From an uncultured Acidimicrobiales bacterium (GTDB lineage: Bacteria > Actinomycetota > Acidimicrobiia > Acidimicrobiales > UBA10347), in assembly GCA_937941245.1 (NCBI GenBank), contig CALDYC010000067.1, positions 1,184 to 65,183 on the forward strand: 64,000 nt of DNA, given 5' to 3'. Positions 1-9,404 of this stretch are shown piece after piece. The notes beneath the pieces were generated by a model that was not told where the DNA came from, ran no database searches, and worked only from the letters and a program-made list of their open reading frames with translations. The stretch's first letter is position 1; the number at the start of each line of letters is the position of its first letter. A program made the position numbers and the translations under genes.

Positions 1-2
1 AG

Positions 3-710
3 AAGCTCGACCCCGAAATTGTTGGTCGAGTGGTGGACGGCATGGCCGAAGCCTGTCGCGACAACAACTGCGTACTGCTCGGTGGCGAGACTGCTGAGAT
101 GCCAGGGGTGCTGACCCCGGGCTCGGTCGACATTGCGGGCACGCTCGTTGGCGTGGTCGAACGGCCCAAGCTTCTCCCTCGTGCCGGTATTGCTCCCGGG
201 CACGTGTTGATTGGCATGGCGTCGTCGGGATTGCATACCAACGGGTACAGCTTGGCCCGCAAAGTCGTCGCCGACATGGACCTCAACGATCCGTTGCCCG
301 GTGGCGATGGCGAATCGATTGGCGACGCGCTGCTGGCTGTGCACCGTAGCTATCTCGCTCCGCTGGCAAAGGTGCTCGAACTCGACGTAGTCGACGGTCT
401 TGCTCACATCACCGGCGGCGGTCTCACCGACAACCTGCCTCGCATTCTTCCCGATGGCTGCGGGGCGTCGATCGACGTGCAGGCATGGCCATTGCCCCCG
501 CTCTTTCGCATGCTGGTCGACCACGCAGACCTCGAGACAGCCGACGCCGTGAACATCTTGAACTGCGGTATCGGCATGGTCGTCGTTGTTTCACCCGACA
601 ATGTTGATGCAGTGCAAACCAATATTGACGAGCCGACGTGGATCATCGGCACGGTCACCGCTGCCGACGAGGTGTCCTACGTTGGCTCGCTAGCGGGTGA
701 GCGAGCGTGA
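3..710 (+). CDS. purM: Phosphoribosylformylglycinamidine cyclo-ligase (AIR synthase), 5'-truncated by window edge
   Basis: Motifs GGETAEMPG, SSGLHTNGYSLARK, AHITGGGL..NLPR, NCGIGMV; frame open from window start. Confidence 0.96.
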   Translation, partial: KLDPEIVGRVVDGMAEACRDNNCVLLGGETAEMPGVLTPGSVDIAGTLVGVVERPKLLPRAGIAPGHVLIGMASSGLHTNGYSLARKVVADMDLNDPLPGGDGESIGDALLAVHRSYLAPLAKVLELDVVDGLAHITGGGLTDNLPRILPDGCGASIDVQAWPLPPLFRMLVDHADLETADAVNILNCGIGMVVVVSPDNVDAVQTNIDEPTWIIGTVTAADEVSYVGSLAGERA

Positions 711-1351
711 CGATGGCGCCGCCGCGTGTCGTCGTGTTGGTGTCCGGCAGTGGAACCAATCTCCAGGCATTGCTCGACGCCGTGGCCGAGGGGCGCCTGT
801 GCTGTGAGATCGCGGCAGTTGTTTCGAATCGCCCCGATGCCCGCGGGCTCGAACGGGCCAAGCGCGCTCAGGTAGCCGCACTCGTTGTCGAAACAGTCGA
901 CGGCGAGTCGCGAGTCGACTACGACACCAGGCTCGCGAGCGCTGTACGCGAATTCGAACCCGACCTGGTCGTGCTCGCTGGATTTATGCGCGTGCTGAGT
1001 TCACTCTTCCTGGACCATTTCGAGGTGATCAACCTGCACCCCGCACTGCCGGGCACCTTTGTTGGAACCCGATCCATCGAGCGGGCGTTCGACCAGTGGC
1101 AGGCCGGCGAGATCGAGCGCTCTGGGGTGATGGTGCACTGGGTTCCCGACGAAGGCGTCGACAACGGCCCGGTCATCGCGAGCGCCGAGGTGCGGTTCGT
1201 CGACGGCGACACCCTGGCCGCCTTCGAAGCACGCATGCACGAAGCCGAACACGAGCTGATCGTGTCGGCTGTCCACCACGTGCTGGCAGAACGAACTTCG
1301 ACCACCACACGGTCCGACCCCCGCGAACCTCAACGAGAGGCGTTTGTATGA
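707..1351 (+). CDS. purN: Phosphoribosylglycinamide formyltransferase
   Basis: VLVSGSGTNLQAL, VVLAGFMRVL, INLHPALP, GVMVHWV..EGVDNGPVI; 4-nt overlap with purM. Confidence 0.95.
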   Translation: MTMAPPRVVVLVSGSGTNLQALLDAVAEGRLCCEIAAVVSNRPDARGLERAKRAQVAALVVETVDGESRVDYDTRLASAVREFEPDLVVLAGFMRVLSSLFLDHFEVINLHPALPGTFVGTRSIERAFDQWQAGEIERSGVMVHWVPDEGVDNGPVIASAEVRFVDGDTLAAFEARMHEAEHELIVSAVHHVLAERTSTTTRSDPREPQREAFV

Positions 1352-2820
1352 ACGAAGAACTGTTCGACCATTTCGAGGCACTCACCTTCGACGACCTGCT
1401 GGTCGTTCCTGGATGGAGCGAGGTGCTTCCGACTGAGGTTGACACCACCGCTCACCTTGGCCCGGTCACCCTCAAAGTGCCGTTGATGTCCGCAGCGATG
1501 GACACGGTTACCGAAGCGCCGCTCGCAGTCTCACTGGCTCGCGAGGGCGGCGTTGGTGTGCTGCATCGCAATCTCAGCGTCGAAGACCAGGCCGAACACG
1601 TTGACCGGGTCAAGCGCGCCCAGTCTGGCATGATCGACGCTCCGGTCAGTTTGCACCCAGCAGCCACACTTGCCGATGCCGAGGCAGTGATGGCCCGACA
1701 CAAGATCAGTGGTGTGCCGATCTGTGACCCAGACGGCCGACTCGTGGGCATCTTGACCAACCGAGATGTGAGATTCTGCGGCGAAGACGAAGATCATCGC
1801 CTGGTTTCAGAGTTCATGACCCGGGACTCGTTGGTAACAGCCCCGGTCGGCACCAGTCTCGAGGTTGCGACCGAAATCCTGCACAAACATCGCATCGAAA
1901 AGCTGCCGCTTGTCGACGACGACGGCAGGTTGCGCGGCTTGATCACCGTCAAAGACATCGTCAAGCGAATCGAAAAGCCCCAGGCCACGCTCGACGAGCG
2001 GGGGCGGTTGTGCGTCGGCGCCGCTGTCGGGGTAACCGATGTCGCTGATCGGGCCGCGGCGCTCGTTGAGGCCGAAGTCGACTTTCTTGTGATTGACACC
2101 GCACACGGCCACACGCGGGGCGTTCTTGAAGCAATCGCTCAGATCCGAGCGCAGGTTCCTGACGCCGTCATCGTCGGCGGCAATGTGGTCACGCGCGAAG
2201 GCGTCGATGCACTCGTCGGTGCTGGCGCAAACATGGTCAAGGTCGGCGTAGGTGCCGGATCGATCTGCACGACCCGTGTCGTCGCTGGAGCGGGCATGCC
2301 GCAGATGTCGGCAATCTACGAGTGTGCGCGTGCCGCTAGCGAACATCGCACAGCAGACGGCGGGCATGTGCCGATCATCGCTGACGGGGGAGTGGTTGCT
2401 TCTGGCGACATCGTCAAGGCCTTCGTGGCCGGAGCCGATGCTGTGATGGTCGGCAATGCCCTCGCAGGCGTCGATGAGGCTCCTGGCGATCTGGACCTGG
2501 TCGATGGCGCAATGTGGAAGACCTATCGGGGAATGGGCTCCGCCGGAGCTATGCGGGGCCGAGCGGCTGATCGCTATGGCACGGCTCAGACCGAAGCAAC
2601 GGGTGCAAAACATGTGGCCGAAGGGGTCGAAGCTCGTGTTCGGTATGCAGGGCCGCTCGCAGAAATGGTCTCGCAACTTGCGGGCGGGCTTCGGTCCGGC
2701 ATGGGCTACGCCGGCGCAGCGACCCTCGAGGACCTACGCGAACGCACCCGGTTGGTGCGAATCACCGGCGCTGGCCTGCGTGAGAGCCACCCGCATGACG
2801 TCGACATTTTGCGGGACTGA
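1348..2820 (+). CDS. guaB: IMP dehydrogenase with CBS pair
   Basis: ALTFDDLLVVP, SAAMDTVTE, DTAHGH, KVGVGAGSICTTR (catalytic Cys), YRGMGS, ESHPHDV; ATG 1348 overlaps purN TGA (ATGA). Confidence 0.96.
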   Translation: MNEELFDHFEALTFDDLLVVPGWSEVLPTEVDTTAHLGPVTLKVPLMSAAMDTVTEAPLAVSLAREGGVGVLHRNLSVEDQAEHVDRVKRAQSGMIDAPVSLHPAATLADAEAVMARHKISGVPICDPDGRLVGILTNRDVRFCGEDEDHRLVSEFMTRDSLVTAPVGTSLEVATEILHKHRIEKLPLVDDDGRLRGLITVKDIVKRIEKPQATLDERGRLCVGAAVGVTDVADRAAALVEAEVDFLVIDTAHGHTRGVLEAIAQIRAQVPDAVIVGGNVVTREGVDALVGAGANMVKVGVGAGSICTTRVVAGAGMPQMSAIYECARAASEHRTADGGHVPIIADGGVVASGDIVKAFVAGADAVMVGNALAGVDEAPGDLDLVDGAMWKTYRGMGSAGAMRGRAADRYGTAQTEATGAKHVAEGVEARVRYAGPLAEMVSQLAGGLRSGMGYAGAATLEDLRERTRLVRITGAGLRESHPHDVDILRD

Positions 2821-2932
2821 GCCGAATGCTGAACTCCGACAGAGTCGTTTGGCCGCCCGCGTGCGGCCTTCGCAGACAATACAGCTACCCTGCGTGACGC
2901 AACGGACTGCTCGATTTGAGCACCATGTCCGT

Positions 2933-3005
2933 AGGGCAGTGGCTCAATTGGTAGAGCACCGGTCTCCAAAACCGGCGGTTGTGGGTTCGAGTCCCGCCTG
3001 CCCTG
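2933..3005 (+). tRNA. trnW: tRNA-Trp (CCA)
   Basis: Cloverleaf: acceptor AGGGCAG/CTGCCCT, D-arm GCTC/GAGC, anticodon stem CCGGT/ACCGG with loop CTCCAAA, T-loop TTCGAGT; 3' CCA not encoded; usual position before secE. Confidence 0.97.
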
Positions 3006-3036
3006 CAACCCGGTCGGCAAGAAAGTACGCAGGACA

Positions 3037-3342
3037 ATGTCCGATACATCAGGTCTGAATCGACAAACCCGCCGCTTCGCGCAGAAGCAGGGACTTCTGG
3101 ATGGCGACGGTGAGCCCGTTCGTCAGCAGCGTGATCAGCGCGCTCAACGCGAGCCGCGAACGCCTCCAGGTCAATTCATCAAAGAGGTTCGTAAGGAACT
3201 CAAGCTGGTCTCATGGCCGAGCCGTGACGAAGTGATCAACTACTCGTTGGTCGTCTTCACGCTGCTGGTCGTCTTCACTGGCATGGTGGCGCTCCTCGAC
3301 TTCGGCTTGGGCCAAGCCATCGTCAAGCTGTTCGAACGATGA
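3037..3342 (+). CDS. secE: Preprotein translocase subunit SecE
   Basis: FIKEVRKELKLVSWPSR followed by one TM helix; between tRNA-Trp and nusG. Confidence 0.95.
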   Translation: MSDTSGLNRQTRRFAQKQGLLDGDGEPVRQQRDQRAQREPRTPPGQFIKEVRKELKLVSWPSRDEVINYSLVVFTLLVVFTGMVALLDFGLGQAIVKLFER

Positions 3343-4154
3343 GCGATCTCGACGAGACCGCAACTGAGGTCGGCGATGTGGTTCCGTCAGGCGAGAGCGC
3401 GGCTCCGGTGACGGTCGATGCAACCGATCCAGTCGAACCTGCACCTGCTGCCTCGCTTGCTGACGCGACTGCATCGGTCGATGCTGCCGACGGCGACGTC
3501 GAGGTCATTGACGAAGACGCGCTGATCTACGAGAAGCTCGACGACGACGAAGACGAACACGAGGGTGAACCGGCGCCAAAGCCGGTCAGCCCATATGACC
3601 GCCCCGGTCGCTGGTATGTGGTTCACACCCAATCCGGCTACGAGAAGAAGGTCAAGCAAAACCTCGAAGCTCGTACTGCGAGCATGAATATGGATGGCCG
3701 CATCCACGAAGTCGTTATCCCAATGGAAGACGTCGTCGAGTTCCGTCAGGGCAAAAAAGTTGTTGTCCAAAAGAAGATGTTCCCCGGCTACCTGCTTGTA
3801 CGTTGCCGTCTCGATGACGACTCGTGGTTCGTGATCCGCAACACGCCTGGTGTCACCGGTTTCGTGGGTCAAGGCTCCAAGCCATCCCGGCTGCCTCGAC
3901 GCGAGGTCGAAGCCTTTCTTCAGACCAAAACCGACGACGATCTCGCTGCATCTGGCCAGAAAAAGCCAGGCGGTCGCGTACGCAAGCTCTACGAGATGGG
4001 CGAAACAGTCCGTGTCAAAGAAGGACCGTTCGCTGACTTCTCTGGAGAAGTCATTGAAATCAACGAAGACCAGTTGCGAGTCAAGGTTCTTGTCAACATC
4101 TTCGGTCGAGAGACACCCGTCGAACTCGAATTCGCGCAAGTCGCAAAGCTGTAG
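3339..4154 (+). CDS. nusG: Transcription termination/antitermination factor NusG with acidic N-terminal extension
   Basis: WYVVHTQSGYEKKV, FPGYLLV, IRNTPGVTGFVG, KOW motif GPFADFSG..VNIFGRETPVEL. Confidence 0.97.
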   Translation: MSDLDETATEVGDVVPSGESAAPVTVDATDPVEPAPAASLADATASVDAADGDVEVIDEDALIYEKLDDDEDEHEGEPAPKPVSPYDRPGRWYVVHTQSGYEKKVKQNLEARTASMNMDGRIHEVVIPMEDVVEFRQGKKVVVQKKMFPGYLLVRCRLDDDSWFVIRNTPGVTGFVGQGSKPSRLPRREVEAFLQTKTDDDLAASGQKKPGGRVRKLYEMGETVRVKEGPFADFSGEVIEINEDQLRVKVLVNIFGRETPVELEFAQVAKL

Positions 4155-4275
4155 AGGTTGTCCGTCGGCTTTGTCGGCGGCACACTTCCGCGGTTGTGTT
4201 GGCCTGTTCCATCACCTGATCGCCTTGACCCGCAAGGGTCACAACGACCACTTGGTCACCTAGAGAGAAATCGTC

Positions 4276-4701
4276 ATGGCAAAGAAGCAAGTAGCTGCTG
4301 TCGTTAAAATCCAGATCCCTGCTGGCGAAGCTTCGCCAGCACCTCCAGTGGGTACCGCTCTTGGTCCCCACGGTGTGCAGATCATGGACTTCTGCAAGGC
4401 ATACAACGCACGTACCGAAGGCCAACGCGGTCAGGTCATCCCGGTCGAAATTTCGATCTTCGAAGACCGAAGCTTCACCTTCATCACCAAAACGCCACCG
4501 ACCGCGTTCTTGCTCCGCAAGGCTGCCGGTGTTGACAAGGCGTCCCAAGAGCCCGGCCGCATCGAAGCCGGCAGCGTGACCGACGCACAGGTTGCCGAGA
4601 TCGCCGAGATCAAGATGCCGGACCTCAACACGGCCGATCTCGAACAGGCCAAGCTGCAGGTAGCGGGAACCGCTCGCAGCATGGGTCTTCGCGTCGTGTG
4701 A
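4276..4701 (+). CDS. rplK: 50S ribosomal protein L11
   Basis: [33 protein letters not shown]. Confidence 0.98.
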   Translation: MAKKQVAAVVKIQIPAGEASPAPPVGTALGPHGVQIMDFCKAYNARTEGQRGQVIPVEISIFEDRSFTFITKTPPTAFLLRKAAGVDKASQEPGRIEAGSVTDAQVAEIAEIKMPDLNTADLEQAKLQVAGTARSMGLRVV

Positions 4702-4826
4702 TTCTCTGGCTGCAGGACTTCTGCAGCCAAGATGAACGCCACCGGGACGACCTCGCCCGGGGAACAACGTTTGTCGCCCACCACCAACAGTGGTGATCCA
4801 CATCGAGGGAGCTGAAAGGAAGCGAC

Positions 4827-5519
4827 ATGCCAAGAGGTAAGCGATACGACGACGCAACCAAGCGGTACGACCGTGACGGTTTGCACACCATCGACGAAGC
4901 AGTGGAGCTGGCCAAGAGCCTGTCCGGTGCGAAATTCGACGAGACGATCGAGCTCGTCATGCGGCTAGGTATCGATCCACGTAAGACCGAAGAAGCCATT
5001 CGTGGCACGGTGGCGTTGCCCGCTGGCACCGGCCGTGTCGTCCGCATCGCCGTCTTCGCCCAGGGCGAAGCTGCCATCGCGGCACGCGATGCCGGAGCGG
5101 ACATTGTTGGAGCTGACGATCTAGCCGCCGAGATCGAAGGCGGCATGCTCGACTTCGATGTCGTGATCGCCAGCCCTGACATGATGCCAACGGTCGGAAA
5201 GCTCGGCCGTTCCCTCGGCCCACGCGGTCTCATGCCTAACCCGAAGACCGGAACGGTTACACCCGACGTTGCCAAGGCTGTTGGCGAGTTCAAGGGCGGT
5301 CGGGTCGAATATCGCGCAGATCGCAACGCGAACGTTGCAGTCCCCATCGGCAAAGTCAGCTTCTCAAGCGAAGATCTGCTCAGCAACTTCCGCGCGGTGG
5401 TCGATGAACTGGTCCGCGTGAAGCCCGCTTCTGCCAAGGGCCGCTACATCAAGCGCATCGGCGTAGCAACCACCATGGGTCCCGGCATCAAGGTCGACCC
5501 CGCAGTCGCTACGAACTAG
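4827..5519 (+). CDS. rplA: 50S ribosomal protein L1
   Basis: KFDETIE, RGTVALPAGTG, LGPRGLMPNPKTGTVT, TTMGPGIKVD. Confidence 0.98.
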   Translation: MPRGKRYDDATKRYDRDGLHTIDEAVELAKSLSGAKFDETIELVMRLGIDPRKTEEAIRGTVALPAGTGRVVRIAVFAQGEAAIAARDAGADIVGADDLAAEIEGGMLDFDVVIASPDMMPTVGKLGRSLGPRGLMPNPKTGTVTPDVAKAVGEFKGGRVEYRADRNANVAVPIGKVSFSSEDLLSNFRAVVDELVRVKPASAKGRYIKRIGVATTMGPGIKVDPAVATN

Positions 5520-5539
5520 TCACTGTTTTTTGGGAGGTT

Positions 5540-5564
5540 GGGTATCGGTGGTGCACCGATACCC
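5540..5564 (+). terminator. Stem-loop after rplA (putative terminator)
   Basis: Perfect inverted repeat GGGTATCGGTG-gtg-CACCGATACCC; no U-tract. Confidence 0.45.
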
Positions 5565-5588
5565 TGCGTTCTTACAACTGCATCGTCA

Positions 5589-5695
5589 CCACAGACATCC
5601 GGTGTTCTTCGGAACAGAAGTGAGTTGCTCGCAACTCCGCCCGACGAGGAGACAACAAGCTCTTTGAGCGTGTTGCGCACGTCGCCGGTCTGTGG
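5589..5695 (+). promoter_or_regulatory. Probable L10 leader (rplJL autoregulatory RNA)
   Basis: Closing stem CCACAGAC/GTCTGTGG enclosing GTTC-ttcg-GAAC and GAGTTGC/GCAACTC hairpins, directly upstream of rplJ. Confidence 0.65.
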
Positions 5696-5751
5696 ACCTC
5701 ATGATGTGCAGCACACGCTCATCATTCGTTTTCGACCCTGAAAGGCGCCCA

Positions 5752-6471
5752 ATGGATCCGAATCCAGCCAAAGTCGCCAAAGTCGCAGAAATCGCCGAGA
5801 AGCTCGAAGCAGCGGGAACGGTCGTAGTTACCGAATACCGCGGCCTTGACGTTCCAGCACAGGCCAAGCTGCGTCAGACCGTTCGCGATGCAGGCGGCGA
5901 GTTCAAGATCTACAAGAACACGCTGACCAAGATCGCTGCCGAGCGAGCAGGCGTCGACCTCGACGAGCACCTCACCGGGCCTACAGCGCTCGCGTTCGCC
6001 TACGGAACCGACGATTCGCCGGCCGATCCGGTGTCGCTCTCAAAGGCGCTCTCGGACTTCTCGAAGGAGAATGAGGCATTGATCGTCAAGGGCGGTGTCA
6101 TGGACGGCGCTGCGATCGGCGCCGACGATGTCGCCGCATTGTCGAAGATCCCGCCTCGCGAAGACATGCTTGCCATGTTCGCCGGCCTACTCCAGGCCCC
6201 AATGTCGAAGTTTGCTGGCCTGCTCCAGGCTATGCCTCGCGACTTCGCAGGTCTGGTCAAGGCACTTATCGACAAGGGCGGTGCCGCACCCGATGCCGCC
6301 GCCGACGCAGCACCTGCTGCAGAAGAGCCAGCCGCAGAAGAACCAGCGGCTAGCGACGAGACCGAAGCGTCAGCTGACGCACCGGAAGCTGCTGCCGATA
6401 CGGCCGCAGCCGAAACGACCGACGATGCAGTCGAGACTGCATCTGACGATTCCGACGACAAGGAGGACTGA
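5752..6471 (+). CDS. rplJ: 50S ribosomal protein L10 with Ala/Asp/Glu-rich C-terminal tail
   Basis: [34 protein letters not shown]; ATG 5752 follows GAAAGG. Confidence 0.96.
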   Translation: MDPNPAKVAKVAEIAEKLEAAGTVVVTEYRGLDVPAQAKLRQTVRDAGGEFKIYKNTLTKIAAERAGVDLDEHLTGPTALAFAYGTDDSPADPVSLSKALSDFSKENEALIVKGGVMDGAAIGADDVAALSKIPPREDMLAMFAGLLQAPMSKFAGLLQAMPRDFAGLVKALIDKGGAAPDAAADAAPAAEEPAAEEPAASDETEASADAPEAAADTAAAETTDDAVETASDDSDDKED

Positions 6472-6473
6472 AC

Positions 6474-6845
6474 ATGTCCAAGGTTGAAGATGTCCTGACC
6501 ACGATCGAGGGCATGACTGTTCTCGAGCTGAGCGAACTGCTCACGGCATTCGAAGAGAAGTTCGATGTCACCGCAGCAGCTCCAGTTGCAGCCGCAGCAG
6601 CTCCTGCTGGTGGCGGCGCCGCAGTTGAAGAGAAGGATGAGTTTGACGTGGTGATCGTGGCTGAAGGTGCCAAGAAGATCGCCGTGATCAAGGAAGTCCG
6701 CAGCATCACCGGTCTTGGCCTCAAAGAGGCCAAAGAACTGGTCGAATCACTGCCTAAGCCTGTGCTCGAGGGCGCAAGCAAGGACGATGCTGAAAAGGCC
6801 AAGGCCGCGCTTGAAGAAGCCGGCGCTCAGGTCGAACTTAAGTGA
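6474..6845 (+). CDS. rplL: 50S ribosomal protein L7/L12
   Basis: [50 protein letters not shown]. Confidence 0.98.
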   Translation: MSKVEDVLTTIEGMTVLELSELLTAFEEKFDVTAAAPVAAAAAPAGGGAAVEEKDEFDVVIVAEGAKKIAVIKEVRSITGLGLKEAKELVESLPKPVLEGASKDDAEKAKAALEEAGAQVELK

Positions 6846-6890
6846 TCACGCGGCGCCCTTGTGGCGCCGCACCCGTATATCTGCACCGAT

Positions 6891-6920
6891 CGGGAGTCAC
6901 AGCTTCGGCTGTGGCTCCCG
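6891..6920 (+). terminator. Strong UUCG-capped stem-loop after rplL
   Basis: CGGGAGTCACAGC-TTCG-GCTGTGGCTCCCG (13-bp stem, one G-U); another hairpin GCGGCGCC/GGCGCCGC at 6850-6870. Confidence 0.6.
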
Positions 6921-7019
6921 TGAAGGTCACCCCGGCCATCGCCTGCCGCAGAGCGCAGGCGCCGCCAATCCGCTTCGGCTGGAACACGACCAGCTAACCC
7001 GATTATGATTTGGAGCACC

Positions 7020-7298
7020 ATGAGGCCCGACATTCACCCCGAGTATCGCGACGTTGTCTTTCTGGACACCCAGAACGGCACGAGCTTCATCACCCGCTCC
7101 ACGATCACGACTGAAGAGACCACTGACGTAGACGGCGTCGAGTATCCCCTCGCTAAGGTCGAGATCTCGGCAGCGAGCCACCCCTTCTACACCGGCACGA
7201 TGGCGATCATCGATACCGCTGGTCGCGTCGAGCGCTTCGAAAAGCGTTACGGCCGCCGCAAAAAGAAGGCTGGCGGAGCCGAAGAGGCAACCGAGTAA
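7020..7298 (+). CDS. rpmE2: 50S ribosomal protein L31, type B (no Zn-binding cysteines)
   Basis: [48 protein letters not shown]; no Cys; GGAG RBS and TATGAT -10 upstream. Confidence 0.93.
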   Translation: MRPDIHPEYRDVVFLDTQNGTSFITRSTITTEETTDVDGVEYPLAKVEISAASHPFYTGTMAIIDTAGRVERFEKRYGRRKKKAGGAEEATE

Positions 7299-7302
7299 CC
7301 CA

Positions 7303-8343
7303 CTGGCTCTTTCATCTGAGCAGCGAAGCGCACTATGGGCCGCCAAGGTCGGTGCGCTTGCGCGTGATGCACTCGGGCATCTCGAGGGGGACATTTCCCC
7401 GACTTCTTGGGGTGCGGTGCACCGCGGCGATTCAGGGGTTGTCGCTCTCATCGAATTGGACCCGATCCGTTCCTATGGTCTGGTTCTCGCTGCTTGTGCG
7501 GCGGGACCGAGCAGCGGCGGAACCCCGGCCGCTCCGATCACCATTCTTGTGAACGAACGTGCCAGCGATCTGGCGCGTCTCGCGCAGGATCTGGGCCCTG
7601 CAGTCCACATCGCCGAGATTGACGGGTCGACGGTCACCCCTGCGGTCGCGGCCGCTCCAATCGACGTTCCCACAACCGAGTTGCAGACAGAGTTTCGCGA
7701 GCTCTTCGATCACGCAGGGCTGCACACGGTCGACGAGTTCGCCGCAATCACCGCCGAGTTTCGCGGCCTAGAGGTGGCGCGAGTAACCGGAGTCAACGAC
7801 ACCCAGCGCGTCGACGTCGGAATCGGCGCCTATGACCAGGGCGCATTCGCGATGATGAACCCCGAGTTCAACGCGAAAGAGTCGCTCGCGTACGTCGTTC
7901 GCCAGGCTGGCGAGCACCGGGTCCGGGGTGCCGAACCGCACCCGATGAACCGCTTGGTCCGAGAGCGTTGGCTGCGTGCCGAAGCACTCGTTGACCCGAC
8001 GCTCGTCGGTTGCGTCTCGATCGAAGCGGTCGCCCCTGCTCGCCCGCGGGGCGGGCTCCATGAGATGGCCCCATCATTTGCCATTGGTCACTCAGTCGGT
8101 GGGGCCACCACTCTGCTGGCCTTTTCGGTCGGGATCGATCTGGCTCTCGTTCCCGATGCGGTTGAAGTCGCGAGCCGTTTTGCGATCGAGTCGGTTGCAT
8201 TCGTCGTTCCCGAACAGGATCAGCATCGTGTCACCCTCGATGCGGCCGGACAGATGCGCTGGCCGGCAACCTTCCTGATTCCCGATCTTCCGTGGGCAGC
8301 TCCCGCAGGCTCGACGCCGGCGCCAAGTAGGTTGCGGCGGTGA
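7303..8343 (+). CDS. Hypothetical protein between rpmE and prfA (start uncertain: CTG 7303 or GTG 7417)
   Basis: Frame open from just after the rpmE stop; overlaps prfA start by 4 nt; no recognised family. Confidence 0.75.
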   Translation: MALSSEQRSALWAAKVGALARDALGHLEGDISPTSWGAVHRGDSGVVALIELDPIRSYGLVLAACAAGPSSGGTPAAPITILVNERASDLARLAQDLGPAVHIAEIDGSTVTPAVAAAPIDVPTTELQTEFRELFDHAGLHTVDEFAAITAEFRGLEVARVTGVNDTQRVDVGIGAYDQGAFAMMNPEFNAKESLAYVVRQAGEHRVRGAEPHPMNRLVRERWLRAEALVDPTLVGCVSIEAVAPARPRGGLHEMAPSFAIGHSVGGATTLLAFSVGIDLALVPDAVEVASRFAIESVAFVVPEQDQHRVTLDAAGQMRWPATFLIPDLPWAAPAGSTPAPSRLRR

Positions 8344-9404
8344 GCGAACTCCACGACGAACTGATCCGAGAGTTTCACGACGTCGAAAGCCAACTCGCTG
8401 ATCCCGAACTGGTCAAGGATCGTTCGCTCTACGCCAACGTGACCCGGCGTTACAAGGAACTCGGCGAGATCGTTGCATGCATCGGCGAACTGCGGGGCGC
8501 GCTGGACGACGTCGAAGCGGCGCGCGAGATGCACGGCGAGAGTTCGGGTGACGAGCGGGCCATGCTGGTCGATGAGATTTCCGACGCCGAAGATCGAGCT
8601 GCATCGGCCGGTGAACGACTTGATCAGCTGCTCATCCCCAAAGATCCGAACGATGGTCGCAATGTGATTGTCGAAATCCGTGGTGCCGAAGGGGGAGAAG
8701 AAGCCAATCTGTTTGCGCGTGATCTCTTTGAGATGTACCGAAGCTACGCATCGAATACCAAGTGGACGTTCAAGACGCTCGAAGCAAACGAGAGCGACAT
8801 GGGCGGCTTCGCGACTGTCATCTTCATGCTTGCCGGTGAGGGTGCCTGGTCGCATATGAAGTTCGAAGGCGGACCCCATCGCGTGCAGCGCGTGCCAGTG
8901 ACCGAGTCACAAGGCCGTGTCCATACATCGTCGGCGACCGTCACCGTCCTGCCCGAAGCCGATGAAGTCGACGTGCAAATAGCCGACAACGATTTGCAGG
9001 TCGATGTCTTCCGCGCGTCGGGCCCCGGCGGGCAGTCGGTCAACACCACGGACTCTGCAGTTCGCATTACCCACAAACCGACGGGCATTGTGGTGTCCAT
9101 GCAGGACGAGAAAAGTCAGCTGCAGAACAAGGCCAAGGCGATGACGGTCTTGCGGTCGCGACTCTTGCAGGCGGAACAAGAACGAGCGTCCGCCGAAGCC
9201 AGTGACCTACGCAAGGGCCAGATCGGTGGCGGTGGACGTAGCGAAAAGATCCGCACCTACAACTACAAAGAGAATCGGGTCACCGACCACCGCATTGGTC
9301 TGACGCTCTACAAGCTGGACAAGATTTTGGCCGGTGCGGTTGATGAGATCATCGACCCACTTCTGCAGCACGAGCGAGCCGAACAACTCGGCGGCGATGA
9401 CTGA
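8340..9404 (+). CDS. prfA: Peptide chain release factor 1
   Basis: [21 protein letters not shown] (PVT specificity motif), [24 protein letters not shown]. Confidence 0.98.
   Translation: MSELHDELIREFHDVESQLADPELVKDRSLYANVTRRYKELGEIVACIGELRGALDDVEAAREMHGESSGDERAMLVDEISDAEDRAASAGERLDQLLIPKDPNDGRNVIVEIRGAEGGEEANLFARDLFEMYRSYASNTKWTFKTLEANESDMGGFATVIFMLAGEGAWSHMKFEGGPHRVQRVPVTESQGRVHTSSATVTVLPEADEVDVQIADNDLQVDVFRASGPGGQSVNTTDSAVRITHKPTGIVVSMQDEKSQLQNKAKAMTVLRSRLLQAEQERASAEASDLRKGQIGGGGRSEKIRTYNYKENRVTDHRIGLTLYKLDKILAGAVDEIIDPLLQHERAEQLGGDD

Noticed and set aside
4702-4826. L1 autoregulatory site between rplK and rplA
   Set aside because: Hairpins and a GGGAG are present, but I could not fold a convincing L1-binding motif by eye
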